Shown: one piece after another, positions 36,285 to 45,455 of the stretch
Layout: each line of letters opens with the position of its first letter
Position numbering within the stretch: the first letter of the stretch is position 1
Virus record (IMG/VR): IMGVR_UViG_3300042892_003562
Location: 9,926-73,925 of that record
Source: a virus
Reading direction: 5' to 3' (one strand)
DNA: 64,000 bases
The notes under the pieces: generated by a model
What the model was told of the DNA's origin: nothing
Seen by the model: the letters and a program-made list of their open reading frames with translations, nothing else
Database searches by the model: none
Position numbers and translations under genes: made by a program

Positions 36285-36296
36285 GGTGGTGGTGGA

Positions 36297-36518
36297 TTAG
36301 GGAGTTGGTGGATTGAGTGCAGAGTCGCAGCAGCCGGAGATGCGGCGGACGTTTTGCGGGTGGGTCTTTTCCCGGCTGGCGAATAGTGCCTCGGCAAACT
36401 CCGCGTTGTTGTTTCCCTGCGACACGCACGCGATGCAGTTCATGGTGTGCGGGCTGCCTCCGTAAAGGCCGATGGCGCAGCGGTCAGACTCGAAATGTTC
36501 GCAGGGCGGGCGGTTCAT
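36297..36518 (-). CDS. small Cys-rich protein
   Basis: MNRPPCEH...CAIG...CIAC...GCC; overlaps the upstream stop. Confidence 0.55.
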   Translation of the reverse strand: MNRPPCEHFESDRCAIGLYGGSPHTMNCIACVSQGNNNAEFAEALFASREKTHPQNVRRISGCCDSALNPPTP

Positions 36519-36904
36519 GGGAGCGGGGTGAGTGTGACGTAGGCCATGTAGTCGGGATAAGGGCGAACAGTGAATACATCGGCATCCCAGTAAGAGCCAG
36601 ATGGCTCGGCGCGGCCGTCGGGGCGGATGCCAAGGCCAATTGCGCTGATCCCATAAACGGGATCGGTCATGACCCATTCCCCGGCCCCGACATTATAAAC
36701 CAAGGTGAACACGCCACCCGGACCGGTGCCTGTGAATCCCGCGCCGACTGTCCCGGTCATCTCGAAGTATGAGACGACGCTGCTAGGATGGATCAAATAA
36801 TACTCGATGTGCTCGACGTAAAGAGTCGTCCCGCAGCACGTGCAGCTCGGCAGCCCGCCCCGAAGGATGACCTGCCCGCCGCTGTTGAGTTTGATGACTG
36901 CCAT
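36515..36904 (-). CDS. hypothetical structural-region protein
   Basis: 129 aa with an N-terminal CTCC motif. Confidence 0.6.
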   Translation of the reverse strand: MAVIKLNSGGQVILRGGLPSCTCCGTTLYVEHIEYYLIHPSSVVSYFEMTGTVGAGFTGTGPGGVFTLVYNVGAGEWVMTDPVYGISAIGLGIRPDGRAEPSGSYWDADVFTVRPYPDYMAYVTLTPLP

Positions 36905-36907
36905 GGG

Positions 36908-37738
36908 TCAGGTGCACTCGGAGGTTGCGAGCCACTGCACGACGCCGCCCACGCAGCCTAGAACATGGGTGCCGGTGCTCGATGGAGAGCCCACTGTTTT
37001 CCACCTTTTGGTTTCAAAATCATAGTAGAGCAGATCATTGTCGGCGGGAGCGATGCCCGCTGAAATCCAACCTGCCTCATTCCCCTCCGTAGCCGGAACC
37101 CCCTCGCTTGCTTCGGTCGGGGGGGCCGCAGAAACCCATTGCAAAATGTCACCGTCGCTATACCCGACAGGCAAATTACCATCAGTGGACCAAAGAGGAC
37201 GATCCGACTCAGAATCGTAGGTGAGGAATTGCTTTTCGGTCTCCGATGCTACGGGTTTATCCAGAACCGCCCAACTTCCATTTCCCACGTCAAAATAGAT
37301 CAGGCAGCCCTGCGTGGGGATGATGTCGCACTTGCGCCACATAAGGCCATCCCATTGGATGATGTCCCCTATGAAGTCACTTTCAGCAATAGGTGGTGTT
37401 TTGGGACGGGGCGATGGTGGAACCCTTGGTGGTGGTCCCGGGGCTGGGGCGTCCGCAGTCGTCGTGGAACTGATTACCGGAGCCGCCACCTGCGGCGGAT
37501 TGGTGGGCTTCCATCCGGCTGCCTCCATCGTTTTAGTGACAAAGTTTCGCATTTCGTCCTGCTCCTCCCTTTCTGCCTTCACCACCTCCTTGATCTCGCG
37601 GGTGCTCATCCCTCGCGAATCAATCCCAAGCTCGCGGGCCTCGTTCTGAGCGTTCTGCCGATTGCTTGGCGTGGACCGCTTGTCTGCGCGAGACCCGGTC
37701 GGTCCGCGTTGGATTGAAGGATCTTTGTTTTCTGACAT
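36908..37738 (-). CDS. tail-associated protein with GDxLxW repeats
   Basis: Repeated GDIIQWDG / GDILQW / DLLYYD...W units typical of tail fibres. Confidence 0.6.
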   Translation of the reverse strand: MSENKDPSIQRGPTGSRADKRSTPSNRQNAQNEARELGIDSRGMSTREIKEVVKAEREEQDEMRNFVTKTMEAAGWKPTNPPQVAAPVISSTTTADAPAPGPPPRVPPSPRPKTPPIAESDFIGDIIQWDGLMWRKCDIIPTQGCLIYFDVGNGSWAVLDKPVASETEKQFLTYDSESDRPLWSTDGNLPVGYSDGDILQWVSAAPPTEASEGVPATEGNEAGWISAGIAPADNDLLYYDFETKRWKTVGSPSSTGTHVLGCVGGVVQWLATSECT

Positions 37739-37742
37739 GGTT

Positions 37743-39437
37743 TTAGATGTTGGAGGCGTCAATCAGGACAGCGTGGCACCGCGCCCAGCCCCACTTGTAT
37801 GGCTCGACTTTCGACTTGACGACATAGGTTCCAGTGGAGGGTATCTCTGACGGGGTGGTGGCGGGGAGGGTTGTAGGATAAACCGACCCTGTCGCGCTCG
37901 CGGACGCTCCGACTTGCGCATTGATGGACGGGAAATTATAGCCCTGCCAAGAGGCGCTCGCATGAGCCGTGACAGAAGCGCTTTTGGTGGTGTCACCGCT
38001 TAGGGTGATTTCCCCATGGATGGTTGGGCTAATGTTGGTGACGCTCGTGACGATGCTGATGTCGCTAGACTGCCCCGAACCCACCGAGCTGTCGCTCATG
38101 GAGGATTTTGGGGACAGGGCCGATGATGCAGCACCGTTCGCCTTTGCTGTCAGCCCGACTTTCATCCCTTTAGTGACAATCGCGTGACTGGTCGGACGAA
38201 ACATAGGCCACCGAAGCACTTCGCCGAGACCCAGATCATCCATTCTGGCGATGAACGCCTCTTCCGTGACGGTGTTGTTCACCATCTCGATGTAGAAGAA
38301 GTGAGCTGAAGCTGCAATGCCCTTCCCCCAAGGCTGTTCGATTGTCGGCGAGATGTCAGGCCGGATGGACACTGATGAGTGCGCGTCACCACCCTCGGAA
38401 CCACTCAGTGACCATGACTCCCCACTCGCTGAACCCACCCAATTAGAAGAATAGCTGCCCGCCGACGACTCATTCGTCCATGTAATTGCTACGGACTTCA
38501 GGACATTGGGGAGGTCCAAGTCCTCGGTTGTCGGAAAGGACAGCAGGTAGTTTCCAAGATGCTCCGTCGGCACCACCTCGACCACTTTCAACGAGCGGTC
38601 TTGGTTGATAATCTTGTAGGAGGTGTTCGGCTCGGCAAACGGATCGGGATTTTCCTCTGTCACCACTTCCGGAGTGACTGGTGGTTCCACGTATTGCTCG
38701 GTGCGGACAATTTGCGTTTCCAGCTCATCACTCCATTCGCTCCCGGTGTGAACAGGCCATGATTCCACGGAAATGGTTTCCCTAATGGACTTGCCGTTGC
38801 CGAGAGGGGTTGTCTGAGAGTCAATAATCAAGTGGCCTGAATCCACGGGATTGGGTGTAAACACCCCGGAGCCCAAAAATGTCTCAACCAGCTCAGGCAC
38901 CAGCGTTTCGGTGACGGTTCCGATGACGCGTTCGACATAGGCGCGTTGGCCAACTAAAGGATCGGCGTTCTCGTCGATGGTCTCTGTCACCTCGGTCAGC
39001 ACCGCCTTGCCCGTGTTCGGGGTCTGGGTGACACCAGAGGAGACAAGGTTGCCTGTGAGCGCGTTGGGCTGCGTGTCTGGTGCCACCTCCTGCTCGGTCT
39101 TCACCACCACGGTCTGACTCCGGTATTTCTGCGGAGTGAGGTTGTCCTTGGAGTTGGAAGTGGTCGTCCACGCGGGACCGTCGAGCTTCTGAAACACCCA
39201 CAGGTGGTCCTTGCCACCCTTGTCCGCCGGTTCGATGGAGACCAGCGTGTAGCCGGGATACTTGTCCGAGTCCTTCGGAGCCAGACCAATCGCTGTGATG
39301 AGAGTGCCGAACGGCTTGTCCGGAAACTTGGACGCCATCAAGGGGTCCATCTGAACCACCACCTCATACTGGCCCGCAGACGGCTCCAGCACCTTCATGA
39401 TGCGCGGAGAGGAGAAAGGTAGGTCCTTGAGTGCCAT
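37743..39437 (-). CDS. putative tail protein
   Basis: 564 aa, Ser/Thr-rich, beta-rich, in the structural operon. Confidence 0.55.
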   Translation of the reverse strand: MALKDLPFSSPRIMKVLEPSAGQYEVVVQMDPLMASKFPDKPFGTLITAIGLAPKDSDKYPGYTLVSIEPADKGGKDHLWVFQKLDGPAWTTTSNSKDNLTPQKYRSQTVVVKTEQEVAPDTQPNALTGNLVSSGVTQTPNTGKAVLTEVTETIDENADPLVGQRAYVERVIGTVTETLVPELVETFLGSGVFTPNPVDSGHLIIDSQTTPLGNGKSIRETISVESWPVHTGSEWSDELETQIVRTEQYVEPPVTPEVVTEENPDPFAEPNTSYKIINQDRSLKVVEVVPTEHLGNYLLSFPTTEDLDLPNVLKSVAITWTNESSAGSYSSNWVGSASGESWSLSGSEGGDAHSSVSIRPDISPTIEQPWGKGIAASAHFFYIEMVNNTVTEEAFIARMDDLGLGEVLRWPMFRPTSHAIVTKGMKVGLTAKANGAASSALSPKSSMSDSSVGSGQSSDISIVTSVTNISPTIHGEITLSGDTTKSASVTAHASASWQGYNFPSINAQVGASASATGSVYPTTLPATTPSEIPSTGTYVVKSKVEPYKWGWARCHAVLIDASNI

Positions 39438-39471
39438 GGCTTTGATTACATTGAAAGTCTGGAAAGGTCAA

Positions 39472-40059
39472 TCAGTTGATTGGCCCGTCGATAAGAATCA
39501 TCGCGAACCTCTTTAGCCCGGCTAAATGAAGCACCTCGTTGAGCGTGCGGCGGAAGTCGTTCCACTGCTCGGGCGGCAGCGTGAGACACCCCTCGGAGGA
39601 TGTCCCGTTCACCCCGCCCAGATGCAGGTTGATGCCGAACTCGCCGCTCTCGGTCACTCCGATGACGCCGTCCTTCTTGACCCGCTCCACGGTGACGAGG
39701 TCAGGCCCCTGCCCAAACGCCTGATACTTGGCGCGGTGGATGAGCGGGCGGAACCACCAGCAACCCGGCTTGAGGCGAGCCATGAACTTGTCGGCGTTCG
39801 AATTCCAGCCGTAGCGGCTCGGGTCGGTGTTGCCGTTCCAAGCGGTCATGGCGGTGGGCGTGACGATGAAGAACGCGTCGTCGTAAACCGAGATGTCGTT
39901 CCCCGGATCTCCGATGGTCTGCGAGTAGTAACCCCGCACCGCGAGCACGAACCGCTCGGGCAGTGGCGACGTGCCGTGCTTGTCCGCCCACGCCTCGGTG
40001 GCCTTGCGGATGACGAGGTCGCGGGGGGCCTTGGGCTTGCTCTTGGGGATGGGGATCAT
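39472..40059 (-). CDS. putative endolysin (YkuD/L,D-transpeptidase-like H...C motif)
   Basis: GINLHLGG..GTSSEGC motif; adjacent to lysis-type membrane genes. Confidence 0.6.
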   Translation of the reverse strand: MIPIPKSKPKAPRDLVIRKATEAWADKHGTSPLPERFVLAVRGYYSQTIGDPGNDISVYDDAFFIVTPTAMTAWNGNTDPSRYGWNSNADKFMARLKPGCWWFRPLIHRAKYQAFGQGPDLVTVERVKKDGVIGVTESGEFGINLHLGGVNGTSSEGCLTLPPEQWNDFRRTLNEVLHLAGLKRFAMILIDGPIN

Positions 40060-40117
40060 GGCTTGTAAACGATTCGGGTGTCGGGCGGGGTGGCGTCGAT
40101 GGGGATTCCGTTGATGG

Positions 40118-40459
40118 TCATGGCGTCTTCGTTCCTCCGAAATAAGGGACGGCGTGTCCGGCGGCGATCATCGCGCTGGCGAAGTCCGAGCCGTCCGCAA
40201 GGGTGATCTTTCCAAGGTAGCGGCCATACTTCTCCTTCTTGTCCTTGAGCGTGGTCATCACAACGCAGCGCCCGCAGAACAGGATGTGGTCCGCGTAATC
40301 CCTTGCCGCCTTACCCGCGTCGGTGTTGATTTCAGGGCAGTCGATCCCGTAAACACGGATCGGCTGGTCCTTGATCCACAAACCAAAGCCAAGGTCGATG
40401 TCGGCGCGGCAGGTGTCCCCGTCGTAAACGCTGGTGATCTTGGCGCGGTATTCAAACAT
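40118..40459 (-). CDS. thermonuclease (SNase family)
   Basis: VYDGDT..D.DLGF...IRVYGIDCPE...KYGRYLG...GHAVPYFGG. Confidence 0.9.
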   Translation of the reverse strand: MFEYRAKITSVYDGDTCRADIDLGFGLWIKDQPIRVYGIDCPEINTDAGKAARDYADHILFCGRCVVMTTLKDKKEKYGRYLGKITLADGSDFASAMIAAGHAVPYFGGTKTP

Positions 40460-40564
40460 GGTAGAAAGCGAAAGCGAGGGTGATGGCGGCGAGGACGAGA
40501 AGCGCGACCAGCCCCGGCCACCAAGGCGGGGTGTTGACTGGCTCCATGTCGTAATTCGAGGACA

Positions 40565-40702
40565 CTACTTTTCGGAGTAAATGATGATTGCGCGTGCGGC
40601 CTGCTCACCGTTCAGGGACCACGTTCTCGCGCCGTCGCTATCGACGGTCAGGGAACACGAGTTTAGCCCGGCTAAAGAGGCGAGGATGAGGAGTGTTTTC
40701 AT
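40565..40702 (-). CDS. 45-aa lipoprotein, possible o-spanin (not in the ORF track)
   Basis: MKTLLILASLAGLNSC signal with lipobox-like Cys; lies in the lysis cluster. Confidence 0.6.
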   Translation of the reverse strand: MKTLLILASLAGLNSCSLTVDSDGARTWSLNGEQAARAIIIYSEK

Positions 40703-40703
40703 G

Positions 40704-41084
40704 TCAGTGCTTGTAGAATTTTCCGCCAAACATCCGGACGGCGGAGTGGATCGTGTGGCGCTTCAACCACGGAACCTCGATGTTATACATCGCCTCCAGA
40801 AACAAATAATCAGCGCACTCGCGGGAGAGCGGATAGACCGCCGTGCTCTCCGGCGAGTAGAGGAAGTCATGCAGGAGGGCTGCGGGGAAATAACCGCCGA
40901 ACGGCGACATGATGTTCCAGAACGCACGCGGAATGCTCGCCCCGTCCGTCTCGAACCCGGCGGGGACGACGATGACGCCGTAGCTCGTCCGACAGGAGAA
41001 CGGCTTGGCCAGACGGAACACCCGCGACTCGCCGCGCATTCCAGAGTCCTCAAGCAACAGCGGGTCTGGGAAGGGTGTTTTCAT
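40704..41084 (-). CDS. DUF1353-family protein
   Basis: VPAGFETDGASIPR.FW......AALLHDFLY...AD..F.EAM...AVR.FG. Confidence 0.88.
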   Translation of the reverse strand: MKTPFPDPLLLEDSGMRGESRVFRLAKPFSCRTSYGVIVVPAGFETDGASIPRAFWNIMSPFGGYFPAALLHDFLYSPESTAVYPLSRECADYLFLEAMYNIEVPWLKRHTIHSAVRMFGGKFYKH

Positions 41085-41494
41085 TCAGCCAGTTTTTTGA
41101 ACCATTTCTCTGCCAGCGCGGGGGCGGACCGCTCGATGCAAAGAAGGAACGCATAGCCCACAAAAAACGTCCCGATGCAAGTGAGCGAGGACAAGCCACC
41201 GAGCGATATGATGTCCGTCTCGGTGAGCTGATCGAACCCGAGTTTGTGGACGATGGGGCGCGTGGCGAGGATGCCGCCGAGGATCGCAAAACCGCAGCGA
41301 CCGATGGACAGCCGGATGGTTTCGTCAGCCCGCTTGAACATGAGCGCGAGGAAGCCCGATGTCATGGAGCTGGCGGCGAGCGTCACGTAGAGCCAGCGGG
41401 CTTCGCCGGAAGTCATGATGGCTCCCATCATCGAGAATCCAGTGCCTAGCAGAGAAGTGACGCCGAAGAAGACTTTTTCGTGGAAGGAGTTCAT
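41081..41494 (-). CDS. putative holin (multi-TM membrane protein)
   Basis: 3-4 hydrophobic segments and a charged C-terminus; in the lysis cluster. Confidence 0.6.
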   Translation of the reverse strand: MNSFHEKVFFGVTSLLGTGFSMMGAIMTSGEARWLYVTLAASSMTSGFLALMFKRADETIRLSIGRCGFAILGGILATRPIVHKLGFDQLTETDIISLGGLSSLTCIGTFFVGYAFLLCIERSAPALAEKWFKKLAE

Positions 41495-41529
41495 TGGAGG
41501 AGATGGGTGCTAAAGGGTGGGGTCTGGGA

Positions 41530-43542
41530 TCAATAAACGATCATTAGTTGCCCGGTGGACGTCTTGTAAACATCGCCAGCAACTAACCCTCCAGATAGTG
41601 CAGCGGCGTTGTCGGCGTAGGTAGTGGGGGCGGTGACGAAGTTGAGGACACCCGAAGCCTTGATCTTAACGCGGAGCGTCTGCGCTGTCGTTCCTGTCTC
41701 TGTACCAAACCCCAAAGATCCTCCCGACTTTCCTAAAATCACCGAATCACCGGGAACCGCCCCAGAGAAGGAGCTTGTAGCTAGCGCGAAAACGAATCGG
41801 GACGCTTGGCCGGAATCAGCTCCTGTTCTAATTCTAATGCTAGGGTTTGTTGCGTTTTCAATGGTTTGGGGTGTGCCCGTGAATGTGTTTCCCGAAGTGG
41901 TATAGGCGGATGCGCCGTTTGCCGCTTTATCGAAGTGATACTCCAGCAGGTTTGCCCATGCGAAACTTCCGGCTGCGTTCCGCACTCCGAAATTGACGAC
42001 ATCGTTACCTCCTGTGATGACGCGCCTCCACATGTGCCCCCAGGTGGCCGCTGATGCAGCCTCGCCGGATGCGGCGTTTGCCGTGGCCATGCTGTTCGCG
42101 GCAGTAAGCGTGGCCGAGTAAACGCCCGATGCGTAGGTATCAATCTTAACTACACTAGATGAGTTCCAAATTGAGAGGTTCCGACTAATCGTGCTATTTT
42201 GCTTTATTGCGGCGCCATTGGTGGTTGAAGTCACTCCGAAGAGGCAGCCGAGAAATGTAGCCTGCTCTCCCCCTATTTCCACCGAGAAAGTATCCGCGCC
42301 GGGCGTTCCGAAATTTCCGAAATAACATCCGACGCATGTAAAAGCCCTCCCGTCAGTCGTCACAGACTTAATCGACCTGCTGCCTGCTGTCTCAAAGTTG
42401 CAACCGACAATCGTTGTTGTTCCGCTTTTCTGGTGCAGTATTCCAATGTCTTGGGGGCCTGCAAAATCAGAGGAGATAATGGAGCTTCCCGCCCCCCCTG
42501 CCATCCAAATACCGACCGTTCCGGTTCCAGCGACAGATCCTGCCGGGCTAGCCATGATTGTAGTGCTGTTCCCTATCATTATGCAGCCGTAAAAATTGCC
42601 TTGGAAAACAGTTGATCTCAGGGATGAATTTGAAAACTCCTCAAGGTGCGACCCGACGTTGAATGTGCCGAAATAACAGCGGTCGATCTCGCAGAAATCC
42701 ACGCTCGCCCCCGAGCCTTCAGCGCCGCTTTGCAGCGACTCACCGCAAACCACCATGCCGCAGCTCGTCGGGCGGTATTGGTTCGTTCCGCTGCCGACTG
42801 CCGTGATGTCGATGGCTGTCCCCAGTAATGCACGGGGGCGATTGTAGGCGAGCTTGAATGAGTCGTCATCTACGCGGATCGCCCAATACATGCGCTCGAC
42901 ACTGAGCGGAGCGGGCAGGGTATTTGTGGTGGTGCACATCACCATGTCGCCAGTTGTAAGTCCGTGTGCTGTGGCTGCGATGACATCGGTGGCGGCTGTC
43001 GCGGCGCCGGTCACAGCGGTCTGGAGCGTGGCGGATGGCCCTATCACCCTGATCCCCTCAACCTTAAAGGAATTGTAGTCGGCTGGCACCATGATAACCG
43101 GAAGCCGGTTGGATGTGGTGGTGATTTTGGTGAAGGTTCCGAATGCAGGATTTCCCTCTCCGATCACTTCGGCCCCTTCCCAATCGAGGGTGATGGCGAT
43201 GCCAGAAACGAGATAGCTCAGGGCTGGGATATACAGAGGCTTTTTTGCAGCCTTAGCTGCTGCGGTCGCTGCCACAAAAGCGGCGGTGTCGTCGGTTATC
43301 CCGTCTCCGGTTGCTCCGTATTCAATCACATTGATAACTGGCCGAGCGGTATTTGCCGCAGTGAAATCTCCACTCGCCGCAGTCGCCGCCGTGCCGAGGC
43401 CGAGGGCGGTGCGCGTCGCGGCCGCGTCGTTGTCGAGAACGCCGTTTAGAGTGGCGTTTGTCACACCGTCGAGGGTGGCGTTGGTCAACTGTCCGCATAA
43501 CGCGGACGCGGACAGGAGGAGGATGGTTAGGGCGTGTCTCAT
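41530..43542 (-). CDS. tailspike / pectate-lyase-like beta-helix protein with an N-terminal signal-peptide-like sequence
   Basis: INVIEYGATGDGITDDTAAF beta-helix start; inserted AHGLTTGD...FKLA domain; N-terminus MRHALTILLLSASALCG. Confidence 0.8.
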   Translation of the reverse strand: MRHALTILLLSASALCGQLTNATLDGVTNATLNGVLDNDAAATRTALGLGTAATAASGDFTAANTARPVINVIEYGATGDGITDDTAAFVAATAAAKAAKKPLYIPALSYLVSGIAITLDWEGAEVIGEGNPAFGTFTKITTTSNRLPVIMVPADYNSFKVEGIRVIGPSATLQTAVTGAATAATDVIAATAHGLTTGDMVMCTTTNTLPAPLSVERMYWAIRVDDDSFKLAYNRPRALLGTAIDITAVGSGTNQYRPTSCGMVVCGESLQSGAEGSGASVDFCEIDRCYFGTFNVGSHLEEFSNSSLRSTVFQGNFYGCIMIGNSTTIMASPAGSVAGTGTVGIWMAGGAGSSIISSDFAGPQDIGILHQKSGTTTIVGCNFETAGSRSIKSVTTDGRAFTCVGCYFGNFGTPGADTFSVEIGGEQATFLGCLFGVTSTTNGAAIKQNSTISRNLSIWNSSSVVKIDTYASGVYSATLTAANSMATANAASGEAASAATWGHMWRRVITGGNDVVNFGVRNAAGSFAWANLLEYHFDKAANGASAYTTSGNTFTGTPQTIENATNPSIRIRTGADSGQASRFVFALATSSFSGAVPGDSVILGKSGGSLGFGTETGTTAQTLRVKIKASGVLNFVTAPTTYADNAAALSGGLVAGDVYKTSTGQLMIVY

Positions 43543-44168
43543 GCAGTTGTGATGTCGAGTTTGGAAAGCGCGGTGTTGTAAAAAAGGCTGCCGATGGCGA
43601 GGTCCGTGTTGGCGGTGGTGAGGTTGGCCTTGGTGGGGAGGCCTAGCAGCGTGACGACGGACGCGGCTGTCAGGGTTGGGATATCGCTCGTCAGCGCGAG
43701 CGTGCCGCTGGCGTTCGGAAAGGCGATAGCTTGGTTGGCTGTCGGCGCGTGGGAAAGCGTGGTGGCATGGGTTCCGTTATCCAGTTTGAATGTCCCACCT
43801 GTCTGGATGATGCTGCCAACCCCTAACGTGTAAATCTTGGCTCCGACTCCACTGGCATAAATAACGTTATTATCTCCAATAACGGAAATCTCGCCGTCCT
43901 CGCTCGTCAGTGTTATCGAATCTGTGAACGCTGGGCCAGCCAGCGGGGCCTTGAGGGCGAGCGCGGCGGCGAGCGCGGTGTTGTCGGCTGGCACGCCGCC
44001 GAGGTCCGCGAAGTCGGAGGCTCCGCCAGCAACCACGGGCATCCAGCGAACCTTGGTCGAGTTGAACCACCACTCCCCACCGTTGACCGAGTCAGTCCAA
44101 GGGGCTTCGAGGGTGTAAGTGGTGCGCGAAGGAGTGCTTGCGGCGGTTGGAAAATTGATTGCGGCCAT
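43539..44168 (-). CDS. tail fibre-like protein
   Basis: LALKAPLAGPAFT and FPNASGTLALTSD fibre motifs. Confidence 0.7.
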   Translation of the reverse strand: MAAINFPTAASTPSRTTYTLEAPWTDSVNGGEWWFNSTKVRWMPVVAGGASDFADLGGVPADNTALAAALALKAPLAGPAFTDSITLTSEDGEISVIGDNNVIYASGVGAKIYTLGVGSIIQTGGTFKLDNGTHATTLSHAPTANQAIAFPNASGTLALTSDIPTLTAASVVTLLGLPTKANLTTANTDLAIGSLFYNTALSKLDITTA

Positions 44169-44174
44169 GGCGGG

Positions 44175-45455
44175 TTAAAGGGTGGGGTCTGCGGCGACGG
44201 TGACGGTGTAGCCGGTGGGAGAAACTAGGTTTGCCAGAGTGATGGCGTTAGCGTCGGCTTCCGAGATCATCGCGTTGAGCAATTCATTTCCGCCTGATCC
44301 CATCCATGTGCATGGCCCCGAATTCGCTGTGAACCAGCAGGTGATCAGAACCGGGTCGCCATTAACCACGGCAAAACACGGACTCCCTGAATCGCCTCCA
44401 ACTATGGACACCCACAGCCCCGGCTTTGTGGCAACATAGGGGTGCAGAGCAGCGGCTATGTCTGCGTGCAAAATCGCGACACTCTGATTCCCTGTGATGG
44501 GTATCGCTCCGTATGTCGTTGGTTGCGCTTGCGAATAAGCGGTAATCGGGTCGCCAAAAAGACTCAAACCGACCTGTCGGTTCTTGTTCAAGGATAGCAA
44601 CAATCCCCCAGAATAGGACGTGCCATCAACCACTTGCGTGATCCAGTCGTCCGCCACTTTAACGGGGTTGCACCCTGTTGGCGAAGCATCCAATAAAAGG
44701 ACTTTCTGATCCCTGAAATTTCCTGACGCTCCGACAACCCTCCTTGTCCTCACTACGCCTCCGGGTGTCACAAATCGCACGTAGTCCGCTCTGCCTTGAT
44801 ACGTCGTGTCCGCGGGCGAATAGTGGTTCGCCACGACGATGTGACGCGGAGTGATGAGAGTGCCCGGACGCTGCGTTGTGTAATAGGAATCCGATCCGTG
44901 ACTTGTTCCCACTGACAGGCACGACAGGTCAACGGCTCTTGCCCAGCAATTCGCATTCCGCGTGTAGGTGGCGGAAGCGTGGTTGATCACACCATAATAC
45001 CCCAATTCTTGTTTCAGTGGGTCGGAATCAATCAGTGTTTCAACTTCTCCCTGCAATGCGGCGGAAACAGTGCCTGCCGCATACCCCAAAAACTCCCGCT
45101 TCGCACCGCTGCTGATCGGCATTCCGTAGCTCAAAACGCTTCGCGCCTCTCCGAGCTGAAACTCGATTTCACCAAGGCCAACGCCTCCCGCACGGGCCAG
45201 TACATAATCTTCACCCAGCGTCGCCACGGATGGAGTTAAGTTTGTGACAGTAGCTCCTAGCATCGGTGTCACTAAATAATTCGTCCACGTGTCCGCGCCG
45301 CCCGACTCATCGACCTCGGAGTCAAAAAACAACGTCGGTGCTGGCCCGGTCCCACCGGACGACGCCGGGACTTCAATAAGTGTCCCAAGCCCATCGGAGG
45401 GATAGCTTGCTGTCCTGACCTCCACGGTCGATTCGTTTGACTGGATCAGGATCAT
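44175..45455 (-). CDS. virion-region protein with a trypsin-like serine protease domain
   Basis: GTLITPRHIVVANH (His), RDQKVLLLD (Asp) and GGDSGSP (Ser) catalytic-triad motifs. Confidence 0.78.
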   Translation of the reverse strand: MILIQSNESTVEVRTASYPSDGLGTLIEVPASSGGTGPAPTLFFDSEVDESGGADTWTNYLVTPMLGATVTNLTPSVATLGEDYVLARAGGVGLGEIEFQLGEARSVLSYGMPISSGAKREFLGYAAGTVSAALQGEVETLIDSDPLKQELGYYGVINHASATYTRNANCWARAVDLSCLSVGTSHGSDSYYTTQRPGTLITPRHIVVANHYSPADTTYQGRADYVRFVTPGGVVRTRRVVGASGNFRDQKVLLLDASPTGCNPVKVADDWITQVVDGTSYSGGLLLSLNKNRQVGLSLFGDPITAYSQAQPTTYGAIPITGNQSVAILHADIAAALHPYVATKPGLWVSIVGGDSGSPCFAVVNGDPVLITCWFTANSGPCTWMGSGGNELLNAMISEADANAITLANLVSPTGYTVTVAADPTL

